From NCBI RefSeq assembly GCF_009914755.1, contig NC_060931.1: 64,000 bases of DNA; one strand, 5' to 3'. This document shows positions 18,526 to 36,996 of the stretch, piece after piece. A program made the translations under genes and the position numbers. The notes under the pieces were generated by a model. It was not told the DNA's origin, did not search any database, and saw nothing but the letters and a program-made list of their open reading frames with translations. The DNA is from the human T2T-CHM13v2.0 reference genome, Homo sapiens. Numbering within the stretch: position 1 is the stretch's first letter; each line of letters starts with the position of its first letter.

Positions 18526-20963
18526 TCTTCTACCTCTTATTTTTAGCTATAGCACTGACACCCCCATTCAAACATTATCTAATTTAAATTGGACATCTGT
18601 ATTCTATACATTCATTTGCATACCACTGTTGCTTATTATGGAATTAGATTTGGAAGAATTTTATAGTCTGTTTGTGAGAGACTATTTATTTATAATATCC
18701 TTCCGTAGAATATGTATTATTTGGTTAAAGAAAAAGTGTATTCATCTATACATGGTATATATAGGATATTTATTTATATATGACCTCCTCACATGAACCA
18801 AAAAGTGGAAACTTCATTTATTATAAGATCATTATTCAACTCAGTTAAGTACCCAAAATAATCATTTGCATGCACTAGAAATGTATAATGAATGTTGAAG
18901 TGATGAGTGCATGAATGAATGAATGAATGCTCTATCCTCTGTAAGTGTCAGTTAACAAAGCTAGTACATGCATTATGAGACTGTGTGTGTGTGTTGATAT
19001 TTTGACAATTACAGCAAGGGGTCAATTTGTTTATAACCCCTTCTGCAATGTAAAGAAGTAATTCCACTTTAAAGGAAATGGATGTGGGCATAGTTCATCA
19101 TTCTTTTTTTGGCATTCAGAGAATAAATTCCCCCCTGGCTAGGATGCTAGGATAAGAGCTGCCTCTAAAACAAGAAAATAACCATAATGTATACTAACAT
19201 TAACATGAGTGAAAAAGTAAAAACAAAACAAACAAACAAACACAAGTCAGTTGAAGTAAGGTGTGGAGATGAGAAATTTCAGTGTCAAGTAGTGCTTCTC
19301 TCCACGGTGGTTAAAATGTTCCCAGTTTATGTGAAATGTATGATTGATTCTCTTTCACTTGGAAGAATTTTACTATACCCAAAGGGAGAACTGTAAGATT
19401 ACCGCTATTACTAAAATCAAACATCAGGAATGAAAATCCTACCCTCTGGCAAAATACATGTTTTAATAATCAGCTAAATATCCATATCAGTGTTGCTGCT
19501 GTAAGTTGTCATTGATAACAGAGCTATTTCGAATTTTAATGTCAACACCGCTCATGGCTTAGCATTACAAATTAGACAACCAAGGATCCCTGTATCCTGC
19601 ATCGTTAAAGACAAATTCAATTCCAGAAAGCAGATTGCCATTATTTTACTATTCTGAACATATTTTCATCAAGGCATGACATTATTGGGCATGGATTTTA
19701 TACTTTTTTATCTCTCTTATATTCCCTTTAGAATAGAACATTTTGACAATGGCTACAAAGACTTATTGTGGTATATGTTTATAAATCATTAACAAAATTA
19801 TTGTCACATTGGTGTGATGCTTCTACTAAGACATAAACTAGATTATTTATTTTTCTAGGGGCAAGAAAAATAAATAACTACAAAAATGAGATGAAGGAAG
19901 GAAGAATAAGAGTCTGTTGTTAGATCTAGAGAACTTGAAATGAGAGTGATCTATTAAAACATTTATTAGCAATCTCTCGAAGGCCACAATAAACATCTGC
20001 AAACCAATGCGCTTCACTGTTCTAGAGAAGCACAAGTTTAAGAAATGCCATATATATCATTCATCACCTGCTTGAATAAATACTTTTTTATTGTCTTCAG
20101 AAAAGCATCTGTCAGCTGCTATGTTACCAGAACAAGTCAAAGTCTATTAACATTTATTGATGCTAGTATTATGAAATGATGAAACTTTAAATTTTTGTGT
20201 GAAAACAGATGACTGGGGCAAAGACAAGGGATTCTCACCAAGAAATTATCCTAAACTGACTACATTATTTCAAATATGCTTTTCTGTTTGCTGAAGGTGT
20301 GAAATGAGCCATTGTGTGAAATGTGCAACCTTTACTCAAGACATTTCAGTAGCAAAGACACTAAAAATAAAAGCAGAAATGTGTATCCCTCTACTGGCAT
20401 TGATAATGTTGAATATTTTCTGTACTTGAATGATGCAGTAAGAAGCTGGTCACCTAAATCTATTTGGGCTCTTTCTCCAATATGCTGATACTTAATTGAA
20501 CCTGGCAAAATAAGTCATCCCAAATTCAAATGACCCTCTCCACATTGGAGGCACTCATAGATGGAATAGCAGCTTATGTTCATTTCTGGAATATAACTGG
20601 GCAAAACCATTCCAGTTAGACTTTGATGTAAGAAAATAAAATGAACTGTACATAAAGAGAAAGCAGGATTTAACATAAAGTGAGTGTCCATAGTGCTATA
20701 GGATCTTCTTACAAGTATGTAAGTGAAAGTATCTGGGCCTTTAAGGTAGCACCAGAAAAGATTTTAATGTCCAGATTTTATGTCGCAGACTGAAATATGT
20801 CAGATGGTAGCAATGGGGCTTCTACACCATTGAATCAGCTAAAATGTCATCAGCATTTTAAATGACCAAAAGCAAGATACAAAATAAATAAAATTGTGTA
20901 AGTATAAAGATTTTATTGAGGAGAGACAAACACTACTCAAGTAATGCTCTAAAATTATTTTCT

Positions 20964-23119
<2,156 letters not shown>

Positions 23120-24159
23120 TAAATTCAGCAAACCTAGCCTATCTGGTGAGCCAACATTCTGATGTGTACAGGCATCTACCATTACTTACAAGAAGTAAAG
23201 AAATCTATATATAAACTATTAAATGATTGTCTTTGTAGTTGAAACAAAACAAAGATTCATTATTTTCAGTTTTTCATGTTAATTATTTTTAAATCCCTAT
23301 CTCTGGCATTTGGAAAGAGTGAGTAATTTTACTATATCAAGAGCACAAAATAGCCTTATCTACTAATGAAATTGTGCAGGAGGAATGAAGAACAGATGAC
23401 TGCAACTATCACTACTAATATTTGGCCTTTTTAATAATTCAGAGCTTCCTAAATGAAGCATATATTACATATTTACCTTTAACCACTAATGCTTCATCAA
23501 ATCTCACTAACAAATATAGCATTAATTTGGCAATCTAAAATATTCAGACAAAAATATAAGATCAGGGAAGAACTTCTAAATAGTCAAACAGCCACTCTAA
23601 GTTTGCTTTATGTAGAACATTTTAACTCCTCATAAAAGTGTGACAACAGTATTTCCAAAGTCATGTAAATTAGTTCCACTCTTAAGAGAAAATTTCCTAA
23701 TATCAACTTTTAAAAAAAAGATAACTTGCACTCTACCAAATAAGAAACGAGACACAGAAAGTCAAACCAATAATGAAATTAATTAATTAATTTAAAAAAG
23801 CCCTCTGTGGTACACCATTGTTCTGGTACCTACCTCATTAGCCTTTGAGAGTATGTTTATATAGTGAAGAGTATATTACATGTTCATGTTGGAGATTTAT
23901 TACTGATGTACTCACTTATTGATTTAATGTTCTTTTCTTGAGAGGGCACTATATGCCAGGCACTGTGAAAACGGTAAGAACAATATACTGATTAAACCTC
24001 TGTAGACCTAATACATATTCTAGAGAAACCAATAGTTGAGTAAGAATGACAATGAATTTCTACCACCCTAAGAAAATGAAGTCAAAATTTCTCAGTTGGT
24101 GGTTTAGAAATTTAGAAAACTTCTCAGTCAGTGGTGATTAGTAGGGAGTTAAACAAGCA

Positions 24160-24212
24160 ACCAAGGAAGCAAGAAAGCAAGCAAGCAAACAAACAAACAA
24201 ATAAACAAACAG
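24160..24212 (+). repeat. (AAGC)n/(AAAC)n compound simple repeat
   Basis: Direct reading. Confidence 0.7.
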
Positions 24213-25515
24213 AAAAGTAGAATTTCAGGGTAGGAAAAGGCTCCAAGTCAGTGACTCCAATTCCATCTCTTAGATGTTATCTCTCTTTGTGTTTCTTACA
24301 GTTCTATTACTGCTAGCACTAACCTAAGACCCTAACAAAATATTTCCAGAATGCAGCTCTAAATTAAGTAGGTACAAAAGGCCCCTCACTTGGTCTCTCT
24401 TTATAGTTGAGACAAAATAGAGGTATTACAAAGTCCTTTCTAAATATGAGTGGAGAATTACTTAGAAATAAACATGATGAATTACACAAATATTTAGTTC
24501 AATTTCCTAAATTTAATATCCTATTCTAATATCCATCACATATTCCTAAGGAAGAACTTCTAGTTTGGTGGAGCTGGGCTCAGTGAATCCTCTTCCTCTC
24601 ACCAAAAATGATAAAACTAAACAAAATTGTTAAAAATGACCATGATAGAAATCTTGAAATTCATCACAGGCCTACAAATAATTAAGAATCGTTTATTTTT
24701 AAAAAGATAATGAATCTCAGGTAAAACACAGTTAAATCTACTGCAATTTAGCCCATGACTACTCCTACCCACCACTCATTTCCTTCAGAGCAGTAGTTAT
24801 ACCAGGACAAGGCAGGCCAAGAAAATGAAGGATATTGATGTTACAGGGCACTGACTTGATTTGGAGAAGCCTTGAAAAACCTCATGCCCAGGATCTTTGT
24901 TAAAAAATATAAACTTGGATAGTGAAACAAACAATAACAGCAACAACAAAAATCCAAAACAAAATAGCTTCTATTGCTCTAATTTTATAACTATGATATA
25001 GACTTATCAAATCAGTTTTTAAGATTTCATTTTATATAATTTTATTTTAAATCACTTAAGAAAAGAGACAAATGTATTTATACTGTCATTTATATTTACC
25101 TTTGTGATTACCTTTACAGACAACCTTTATTTTTTATGTGGTTTGATATAAATATATGCATACTGATATGGTCAATATCATATATGCATATCAGTATATT
25201 TATGTATATATATGTAGTTTTCTATACATACACACACACACCAGAAAAAAAATTAAAATGGTACACTAGAAGATATCTATTTAATACAAATTACAAAAGT
25301 AAAGAAGGAAAAGAGGAACAAACAGATATGAGACACACAGAAGACAAATAGTACTTTTGCAAACATAGAGCAAATCATATCAAAAATTACACTGAATATA
25401 ATTAATTAAAAGGGAGAGAATATGAGGCTGTACTTAAGCCAAAATAAGATCCATGTGCATACCATATTCAAGAGATACATTTTAGGTTGAAAGACAAAAA
25501 CAGGTTGAAAGTAAA

Positions 25516-25922
25516 AGTCCATTCTTGTGTTGCTATAAATACCTGACTGGGTAATTTATAAAGAAAGGTTTTATTTGGCTCATGGCTCTGCAGGCTTTAA
25601 AGAAAACATGGTTCTGGCATCTGCTTCTGGTGAGGCCTCAGAGAGCTAACAACCACGGTGGAAGGCAAAGGGGAGCACCAAATTACATGGTGAGAGTGGG
25701 AACAAGAGAGGGAGAAGGGGGAGTTCTCAGACTCTTTTAAACAGCCAGACCTTGTGTCAAATAGCTGAGAGAAAATTCAGTTATCACCAACGGGATAGTG
25801 CTAAACTATTTATGAGGGATTCACCCACATTATCCAAACATCTCCCACCTTGTCCCACCTCCAACATTGGGAATCACATTGTGACATGAGATTTGGAAGA
25901 AACAAATATTCAAACCATATCA
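25516..25922 (-). mobile_element. MSTB-type MaLR solo LTR
   Basis: agtccattcttgtgttgctataaa...catgagatttggaag...caaaccatatca. Confidence 0.88.
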
Positions 25923-26988
25923 AAAAAGATGGACAAACATATATACTATGCAAACAGTAAACATACATGATCTGGGAGTGCATGCAAATATAATAAAATA
26001 TAGACGTTAAGAAAAAGCTATTACTAGAGAAAGAGAAAAATATTTTATACTGATAAAAAGGTCAGTTAATTGGGCATTATATATATATACATATTTTAAA
26101 AACATACTCACTGAGCAATAGAGACTCTAAATACATAAAGCAAAAACTGACGTAATTAAAGGGAGAAATAGAGAATTCAACTCTAATAGTTGTAGATTTC
26201 AATAACCTATTTTTAATAATTAACAGAGAAACAAGACAAAAATTAGTAAGAATATAAGATACTTGAAAAATAGTATCAAACCAATTGATATAACTGATAT
26301 TTATAGAACACTACACCTAAAAAATCATAATATATATTTATGTCAAGTACATGTGGAACATTTCTCAAGATAGAGCATACACTATACCATGAAACAGGTC
26401 TAAATATGTTGAAAAATTTGAAATCATGCAAAGCGTGTTCTCTGATTATATCACAATTAGAAAAAAACAACAAAACAACATCTGGGAAATCCACAAATAT
26501 TTGAAAGTTAAGCAATACACTTGTTAACAGCATAAGGATAAAAGAATAAATAAAAAGAAAAAGTGGAAAATATTTTGAAGTGAATGAAATCAAATCACAG
26601 CATATCTCATTTTATAGGAAACCATTAAAACATTGCTAAAAAGGAACTTTATAGCTATAAACACATATAATAGAAAAAAAGAAAGATATTAAATAAGTAA
26701 TCTAACTTTTTACCTCAAGAAATAAGGGAAGAATCTCCTTATTGAAGGGTGGAGAAAGAATCTCTGAAAATCCACTCCTCCATAAAAGCAACAAAAATGT
26801 TTGCAAAAAAAAAATCAAAATCATTGAGAATTCTGGAAATTAAAAAAGTCTTGCAACCATTTGAACATTATTTATTTGTGATAAAAATGCTGAATCTAGG
26901 TAAGAAGAGTATGTTTTGTGGTGGTTTAATTTGCCACATTCCCACCTTCTCTTGTCCACTTCATGTTAGCCTCAAAAACCAACAGTTT

Positions 26989-27304
<316 letters not shown>

Positions 27305-27514
27305 CTATCACAATAACCATGAAAAGAGGCAGTGAAGGAAAAGGTAAAGTTTAAATTGCCTAACCAAGCATTGGAGGTATGTCTCAACGTTAACATAGAG
27401 CCACTTAGCAAAGATTCATAGACTTACTTGTTCAAGGCATGTGAGAAAAACTCTGTTCAATTATTACATGACCATCAGGCAAACCAAGCAGAGATGTCAG
27501 AAGCCACATACAGA

Positions 27515-27743
27515 ATATATAGTTAACAATAAGTTGTTGTATATTTCAAAATAATTGTAAAATGGAATTGAAATGTTTCTAACACAAAGAAATAATCAAT
27601 ACTTGAGGTGATGGATACCCCAATTACCCTGATTTATTTGATCATTACACATTGTATGCTTGTATCAAAATATCACATGTACTCCACAAATAAGTACAAT
27701 AGTTGTGTTTACATAGCAATTAAAAGTTTTTTAAAAATTAAAA
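27515..27743 (+). mobile_element. L1MA4-like 3' end
   Basis: gaggtgatggataccccaattaccctgattt...tatcaaaatatcacatgtac followed by an A-rich tail. Confidence 0.75.
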
Positions 27744-28076
27744 ACATACAAATTTTGCAGAATTAGTCCAGAAGAGTAATCAAACAATTAAACAAACATC
27801 AAGTGGCAACAACAAATAGCAACAATGGCAACCCCTGGCTGGGTGGTCTAATACTGAGTTGTCAGATTAAGTTATAGAAAGTGTTCAGTTTCAAAGATTT
27901 TCAAGACATGCAAAGAAACCAGAATGTATACCCATGTAGTGTGTAGGAGGGAAGATTAACAGAAACTGTACCAGAGGAAGTATAGACATTAGATTTGCTA
28001 GACAAATACTTTAAATGAACTACTGTAAATATGTTCAAACAACTAAACAAAACCATGTGTAAAGAACTAAAGGATT

Positions 28077-28394
28077 GGCTGGGCATGATGACTCATACAT
28101 ATACTCCTACCACTTTGGGAAGCTGGGATGAGTGGATCGCTTGAGCCCAGGGGTTTGAGACCAGCCTGGGAAATCATCACAAAACTCCATCTCTCCAAAA
28201 AAAAAAATAAAAATTATCTGGGCACGGTGGCACATGCCTGTAGTTCCAGCTACTTGGAAGGCTGTGGTGATCACCTAAGCCTGGTAAAGTTGAGGCTTCA
28301 GGGAGCTGTGATCACACCCCTGCACTCCAACCTGGGTGACACAACAAGACACGGTCTTAAATGAATAAATAAAATAAATAAATAAATAAATACA
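28077..28394 (+). mobile_element. AluJ
   Basis: ggatcgcttgagcccagg and ttgaggcttcaggg J-type motifs; TSD taaaggatt at 28068-28076 and 28395-28403. Confidence 0.9.
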
Positions 28395-30478
28395 TAAAGG
28401 ATTGTATGAGAATGGTGTCTTATTACATAAACAATAGCAAAAAAGTTAAAAGTCATTCTAAACAAAGAACTACATTGAAATTTTGAAGTAAAAATGTTAA
28501 ATAATTGAAATTAAAAATTTTACTTGAGTGATTCAAAAGTATATTTGAGCAGGCAGGAGGAAGAAACTATGATCTTAAGAACAGGCTAATCAAAATTATC
28601 CAGTCTGAGAAATGAAAATAATAATGAATGAACAAAAATGGAGAACCTCAGAGACCCACAAGGACATCATAACTGTGCTAACACATATATAATGTGACTC
28701 TCAGAAGGAGAGAAGAAAGATAAAATAAAAATAATATTTGAATAAATAATGACCAATGGCTTCCTAATGGAAGAAAAATATTAACCTACAAATAAAAGAA
28801 AACTTCAGGTACTATGGATTTAAGCAAGTCCAAATTTAAACATATTATAATCAAACTGTCAAATTCAAAAACAATAGATCTTAAAAGCAGCAAAAGAGAA
28901 ACAACTCATCAGGGACAAAAGTCTTCAATAAGATGAACATTAACTTCTGATCAGAAGCTATGGAAACGAGAAGGCATTGGAATGACATACTAAAAATGTT
29001 AAAACCAAACTATTGTAAAAAAAGAATTATCTACATAACTATGTTTCATAAAAGAAGGAGAAATTAAGACATTTTCAGCTTCACAGAAACTTCATATGAT
29101 AATCTCAAATGATGTGGAGAAAGCATTTGACAAAATCCATTATTTTTCATGATAATAACACTCAATAAACCAAGAAGGCAAATTCTCTAAATTGATAAGA
29201 CATTTATAAAAAACATACAGCTAACACCGTACTGAATATTGAGACACTTAAAATTTTCTACTTCAGATCAGAAACAAGACAAGGATGTCTCTTCTTATCA
29301 ATTGTATTCAACATTGTATTGGAGGTTCTAGCTAGAACAATTATGCCAGAACAATAAACAAAAAGCATCCAGATTTCAAGAAATAAAACAATCTCTATTC
29401 ATAGAGACATGGTCTTGCATATAGAAAATCTTTGAAAATTCACTAAAAAAACCTATCAGAACTAATAAATGAGTTTATCAGGTTACAGGATGTAGGATCA
29501 ATATACAAAAATAAATTTTATTTCCATATACGGGCAAGAAACAATCTGAGAGTAAATTAAGACTATAAATCCATTTATAGTAGCATCAAAAATAAAAGTT
29601 ATTAATTTAACATAAGAAGAGCAAGACTTTCATCTGTGGACTACAAAACATCTTTAAGAAATTAATGAATTTCTAAATTAATAGAAACACATCTCGTGTT
29701 CATACATCAGAAGACTTAATATTATGTCAAGATGGCAATGCTCATCAACTTGATCTACATAATCAATGCAATTTTTATCAAAATCCCAGTTGGCTTTGTT
29801 ACAGAAATTGACATACTGATATTAAAATTCATATGAAAATGCTATGATCCAGAAGAGTCAGATAATCTTGAAAAAGAAGAACAAATTTGAAGGGCTTATA
29901 TTTTCTATTTCTAAACTGACTATAAAGCCATAATAAACAAGATCACATATTATTGGCATAGGAATATACATATAGATCAATGGAATAGAATTCAGAGTCC
30001 ATGAATCAACCCTTGCTTTGACTCCATGGTAAACCATTTTTTGACAAGAATGTCAAGGTTCATCAGATGGGAAAGAATAATCATTTCAACAAATGGAGTT
30101 GTAACAATTGGTTATCTACCTGCAAAAAAGCAAGATTGTACTATGTCTTACATCATATATAAAAGTAAACTAAAAAAGTAACTCATATAAAATTGACTTA
30201 AATCATACACATACATGAAAGAAAAATATATAAAACTCTTAGAAGAAGTTATAGGAGTAAATCTTCCAGAATTTAGGTTATTGGGCAGTATTTTCTTACA
30301 TATGATGACAAAAGCACAAGGTACAAAAAAAGTTGAATTGCACTTAATGACAATTAAAAACCTTTGTGCTTTAATGAATTCCATTGGACAAATGGCCATA
30401 TGCAGAACAGGAGAAAATATTTACAAATTATATATATGATATGTGACTTGTATTCAGAATATACTAAGAACTCATACC

Positions 30479-30851
30479 TCATTAGGAATTAAATGTTTTC
30501 ATCCCCTTAAAATTCATATTTTGAAGCCTTAACATGCAATGTGAATATACTTGGAGATAGGGCCTATACAGAATTAATGAGGGTTAGATTTGGCCATAAG
30601 AGTGAGACTCTCGTAATGTTATTCAATCACTTATAAGAAGAGATACCAGGGTGTTTGCTATTTCTGTTAACATGTGAGGATACAAAAAGAAGGTGGCTAT
30701 TTACAAGCCAGAAACAGAGACTGCACCAAAACCTGGCCATGCTAGGACCAGGACCTTGGACTTTTCAATCTTTAGAACTGTAAGAAATAAATTTCTGTTG
30801 TGTAAGCCACCTTGTTTGCAGTATTTTGTTATAACAGACTGAGCTAAGACA
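30479..30851 (+). mobile_element. MLT1A-type MaLR solo LTR
   Basis: aaaattcatattttgaagcctta...gaactgtaagaaataaatttctgttg...gagctaagaca. Confidence 0.85.
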
Positions 30852-30896
30852 TGCCTCAGTAATAAAAAATACAAATAACCTAATTTTAAAAATGGG

Positions 30897-31783
<887 letters not shown>

Positions 31784-32830
31784 TTAAAAGATGTTAAATA
31801 TCATAAGTCATTATGAAAGTGCAAATCAGAACCACAGTGAGATGTCACTTCACATACACAAGGATGGCCATAATGAAAACAACATGGACAGTAATGAACG
31901 TCAGCAAGAATGTGGAGAAACTAGAATACTAATACACTGATAGTAAGAATGCAAAATGGTAAACTAAAACAGTTTGCCAATTCCTAAAAAATTTAAAGCC
32001 CGAATTACCATGTAATGCAGCAATTCTACTCCTGGGTAAATACCCAAGAAAATGGAAAACATATGTCCACACAAAAATGTGTACACAAATATGCATAGTA
32101 GTATTACTTATAATAAACAAGTAACTCAATTGCTTATCAACTGATGAATGAATAAACAGATATATGTAATGTTCTTCAGTCGTTGGTTTCCTGATGTATG
32201 TTACAACATGCAAAAACCTTGAAAATATTTTGCTAACTGAAAGAAGCCAGACAGAATTGGCCACATATTATGTGATTAAATTTATATGATATACCAAAAG
32301 AGGCAAACGAATGGAGACAGGAAGAAGATTAGTGGTTTCCAGGGGCTGAGGGGAGAGAAAGCGAGAAGTGACTGTTAATAGGCATGGGGTTTCTTCTTGG
32401 GGTGACAAAACTGTTCTGGAATTTGATAGTGATGATGGTTGCACAGCTCTGTGAATATGCCAAACAGCACTGAAATGTATGCTTTAATAGTATGTATATG
32501 ATGGTATGTGAATTATATTTCAATAAAGCTCTTACACAATAAATAAAATGCAATGACTTTAAAAGAAAAAGATGTGCAGTTTGAAAAGAAAGTAAAATTG
32601 TCTTAATTTACAATCAATATGATCTTGTACATAGAAAGTATAAGAAATACAGAAAAAATACTACTAGGTCTAATATATACATTCAACAAATTTTCAAAAC
32701 ACAACATTCATATATAAAACTTATTTATATAATCATGGACCACATAATGATGTTTTTGGTCAGTGACAGATGACATATATGATGGTGGTCCCACAAAATT
32801 ATAATGGAGCTGAAATTTCCTAACACACAG

Positions 32831-33196
32831 TGATATGGTTTGGCTCTGTGTCCCCACCCAAATCTCATCTTGTAGCTCCCATAATTCCCAAGTATTGTAG
32901 GAAGGAGGGTCCTGGGGGGAGATAATTGAATCATTCAGGTGGGTCTTTCCCATGCTGTTCTCATGATAGTGAATAAGTCTCGTGAGATCTGGTGGTTTTA
33001 ATAATGGGAGTTTCCCTGCAGAAGCTCTCTCTCTCTCTTTGCCTGCTGCCATCCATGTAAGACGTGACTTGCTCCTCTGCCATGATTGTGAGGCCTCCCC
33101 AGCCATGTGGCACTATAAGTCTATTAAATCTCTTTCTTTTGTAAATTTTCAAGTCTTGGGTATGTCTTTATTAGTGGCATAAAACAGGCTAACACA
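32831..33196 (+). mobile_element. THE1 (C-like) solo LTR
   Basis: tgatatggtttggctctgtgtccccacccaaatctcatcttg ... aaaacaggctaacaca. Confidence 0.92.
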
Positions 33197-33626
33197 GTGT
33201 TTACTATACTTTTTATCATTTAGAGTGAACATCTACTTATTAAAAAAAACTTAACTATAAGACAGCCTCAGGCAGGTCCTTTGGGAAGTATTCCTGAAGA
33301 AGGCATTGTTATTATAGGAGTTGACACCTCCATGCATGTTATTTCCCTTGAAGGCTTTCCAGTGGGACAAGGGGATGGTGATATTGATGATTCTTACCCT
33401 GTGTAGGCCTAAGCTAATGTGTATGCTGGTGTCTTAATTTTTAACAAAAATTTTTAAAAAGTTAAAACATTGAAAATGGAAAAATGTTTATGTAATAAAG
33501 ATGTAAAGAAAATTTTTTTCAGCTGTACAATGTGTTTGTGTTTTAAGCTACGTATTATTACAAGACAGTTGAAGTGTTTATAAAATCTACAGCAGTGTAC
33601 AGTAATGTCCTGGGCCTTCACATTGA

Positions 33627-34008
<382 letters not shown>

Positions 34009-34834
34009 CAGGTGTACCATTCTTTTATACTTTATATTGCATTTTCACTGTACCTTTTCTATTTTTAGATATGTTTAGATACATACATACTTACTATTGT
34101 GTTATAATTGTTGACAGCATTCAGCACAATAGCAGCCTGTACAGGTTTGTAGTCCAGGAGCAATACACTATACTATATATCCTAGGTATGCAGTAGGCCA
34201 AATCATATAGATTCGTTTAAGTACACTCTGTGATGTTTGCACCACGATGAAATTGCCTAAAAACACATTTCTTAGAATATGTCTCTGTGGTTAAGCAATA
34301 CATAACTGTCTGTTTATGTAGTGAAAATGAACATCTGTAAACAAGATTATGAAAACAATTTCATTTTCTATAGCATCAAAAAACGAAATAAAAATATAAA
34401 TGAAAAGCTTAATGAAAATGACAAAACCATTTCTGAGAAAAATAAATGAAAATGTAATTAACTGGAGAGACATTCTATATTCATGGATTAAAAGATCCAA
34501 TATTATTAAGATGGCAGTTCTCTCAAAAATGATCTGATGCAACACTAATCAAAATCCCAATAGGCTTTTGTTTCCTTTTTCAGAAATAAACTGACTCTAC
34601 ATTTTATATGCAAATGAGAAAAACCCAGAATAACTAAAACAATTTTGAAAATAATAACAAAATTGAGAGACATTATACTTTAGTTTCAAAGCTTATTACA
34701 AGGGATGGTTATCAACACAGTGTGTACTGACACTAGATTATGCATATTTTACCGTTGGATAATGTAATGTACATATTATTAAATATACATGTTTATTCAG
34801 TGGCATATAACGCTTCTTTTTTTGAGAAGTGGTA

Positions 34835-35388
34835 CTTTGCAGGATGTTTTACAACATCTTTGGTACTAGCCTTCACCCCCAAGTAATGACAATAAAAAAA
34901 ATCTTCAGACATTGTGTTAGGCTATTTTCATGTTGCTATAAAGAAATACGTGAGACTGGGTAATTTATAAAGAAAAGAGGTTTAGCTTGGCTCCTGGCTT
35001 TGCAGGCCATACATGCAGAGTACCAGCATGTCATTGGCTCCTAGTGATGGCCTCAGGAGGCTTGCATTCATACTGGTAGGTTCAGGGGAGCCAGCATATC
35101 ACATGGCAAGAGCAGGACCGAGAGAGAAGAAAGATGTCCCAGACTGTTTTAAACAACCAGATCTCACATGAAGTAACTGAGCAAGAATTCACTTATCATC
35201 AAGAGGATGAGGCTAAAGCATTCAGGAGGGACCCACTCTGATGATTCAATCACCTCCCACCAGGCCTCATGTCCAACAATGAGAATCACATTTCAAGATG
35301 ATATTTGGAGGGGACAAACATCCAAACCATATCAGATATTGAGAAATATCATTTGTGGAGAAAAGTAACTCCCAATGGAGAACCACTG
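34835..35388. mobile_element. MER20 hAT MITE split by an MST LTR
   Basis: gcaggatgttt...gtaatgacaataaaaaaaatcttcagacat [LTR] tgagaaatatc...tggagaaccactg. Confidence 0.6.
34913..35334 (-). mobile_element. MSTB-type solo LTR
   Basis: tgtgttaggctattttcatgttgctataaagaaatac...aaaccatatca; TSD gacat/gatat. Confidence 0.9.
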
Positions 35389-36699
35389 ATATAGGTCAAT
35401 GAAAGAATTAAGCATCCTGAAAGAAACTCTCATATTTATGATGCATTCATTTTCAATCAATGATAGGCTTTTCAACAAATGGTGATGAAGTAATTGGATA
35501 TCCATTGGCACAAAGCTGGATATAGCCTCTTACATGCTGTCATACATGAAATTAACCCAGAAAGAATCATAGTCTAAATGTAGGGGCTAAAACTATAAAA
35601 TATTTAGAAGAAACAATAGCAGAAAATTATTGTAACCTTGGATTAGGCAAAGATATTTTAGCATCATCTATAACAAAAAATATCAATAAATTGGGCTTCA
35701 TAAAATTTATAAACATTTGTAATTCAATAGTATACTTAAAAAATGAAAAGACCAGTTCCAAGGTGAGAGAAAATATTTTCAAATTATGCATCTTATAAGG
35801 GGATTTTATCCAGGATATTATATAAGGAATCTTTGCACCTCAATAATAAGATAAACAACCCAAATTAAAAATAGGCAAAGTATTTTTATAGAATTTTCAC
35901 CAAAGAGATATAAGAATGACTAATGAGCACATGAAAAATGCTGAACATTAGTAAAAAGGGAAATATAAATTAAGACTCCTGTAAGATTCTACTTCACCCA
36001 CTAAAATTGATATAATCAGTAAGACAAGTGTTGTTGAAGATATGGGGAAACAGGAAGTCTCACATTTTGCTGATAAAAATTTAAAATGTCCAGCTAGTTT
36101 GGAAAAAAATTTATTTGTTTCATGAAAGTTAAATATAAGCTTATCATACAACAAGCAATTCTACCCTTAGGAATCTACCCATAATTTCATGTATGAAATA
36201 TTTCATGTATGAAATATTCTAAATATTCTAATAATTATACTATTATTATACATAATATTATACATAATAATGTATATTAGAATATTTTCATACAAAGACA
36301 TATACATGAATGTTCAAAATAGCATTATTTATAATAGCCCCAAACTGGAAACAATTGAAACACCTAAACAGATAAATAAAATGTGATCTATCATACAATG
36401 GAGTACTATATAGCAATGACAAAAAGAATAAACTTCTGATACATGCTACAATATGAATGTGAAAACATTATGCTAGTGAAAGAAAGCAGAAACAGGAAAC
36501 TACATATTTTTATAATTTCATTTATATGAAATGCCCAGAAAAGGCAAATCTATACAAAAAGAACAGATCAGAGGTTGCTTGGCACTTAGGATTGGAGCAG
36601 GAGTTGGCCACAGTTGGATACAATTCTGAAACTGGATTCTGGTAATGGTTGTATGACTGTTACTAAAATCATTAAACTGTACACTTAAAATGGTGATTC

Positions 36700-36996
36700 T
36701 TTCTGTTTGTTTGTTTGAGACAGGGTCTCACTCTCTCCCAGACTGGAGTGCAGTGTCACCATCATGGCTCACTGCAGCCTCTACCTCATGGGCTCAAGTG
36801 ATCCTCCCACCTCATCCTCCTGAGTAGCTGGGACCATAGGTGTGAGCCACCATGCTTGGGTATTTTTAAAAATTTTTATAGAGTTAGGGTCTTACTGTGT
36901 TGCCCAGTCTGATCTTGAACTCCTAGGCTCAAGTGATCCTCTTGCCTCAGCCTCCCAAAGTTCTGGCATTATAGACAGAACCTACTGAACATGGAC
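36700..36996 (-). mobile_element. AluJ
   Basis: gagacagggtctcactc...ctgcagcctc...gggctcaagtgatcctccc J-type motifs. Confidence 0.9.

Noticed and set aside
18930-20900. Repeat-poor 2-kb block as exon-containing or conserved
   Set aside because: No supportable exon or motif cluster from sequence alone; conservation data would be needed.
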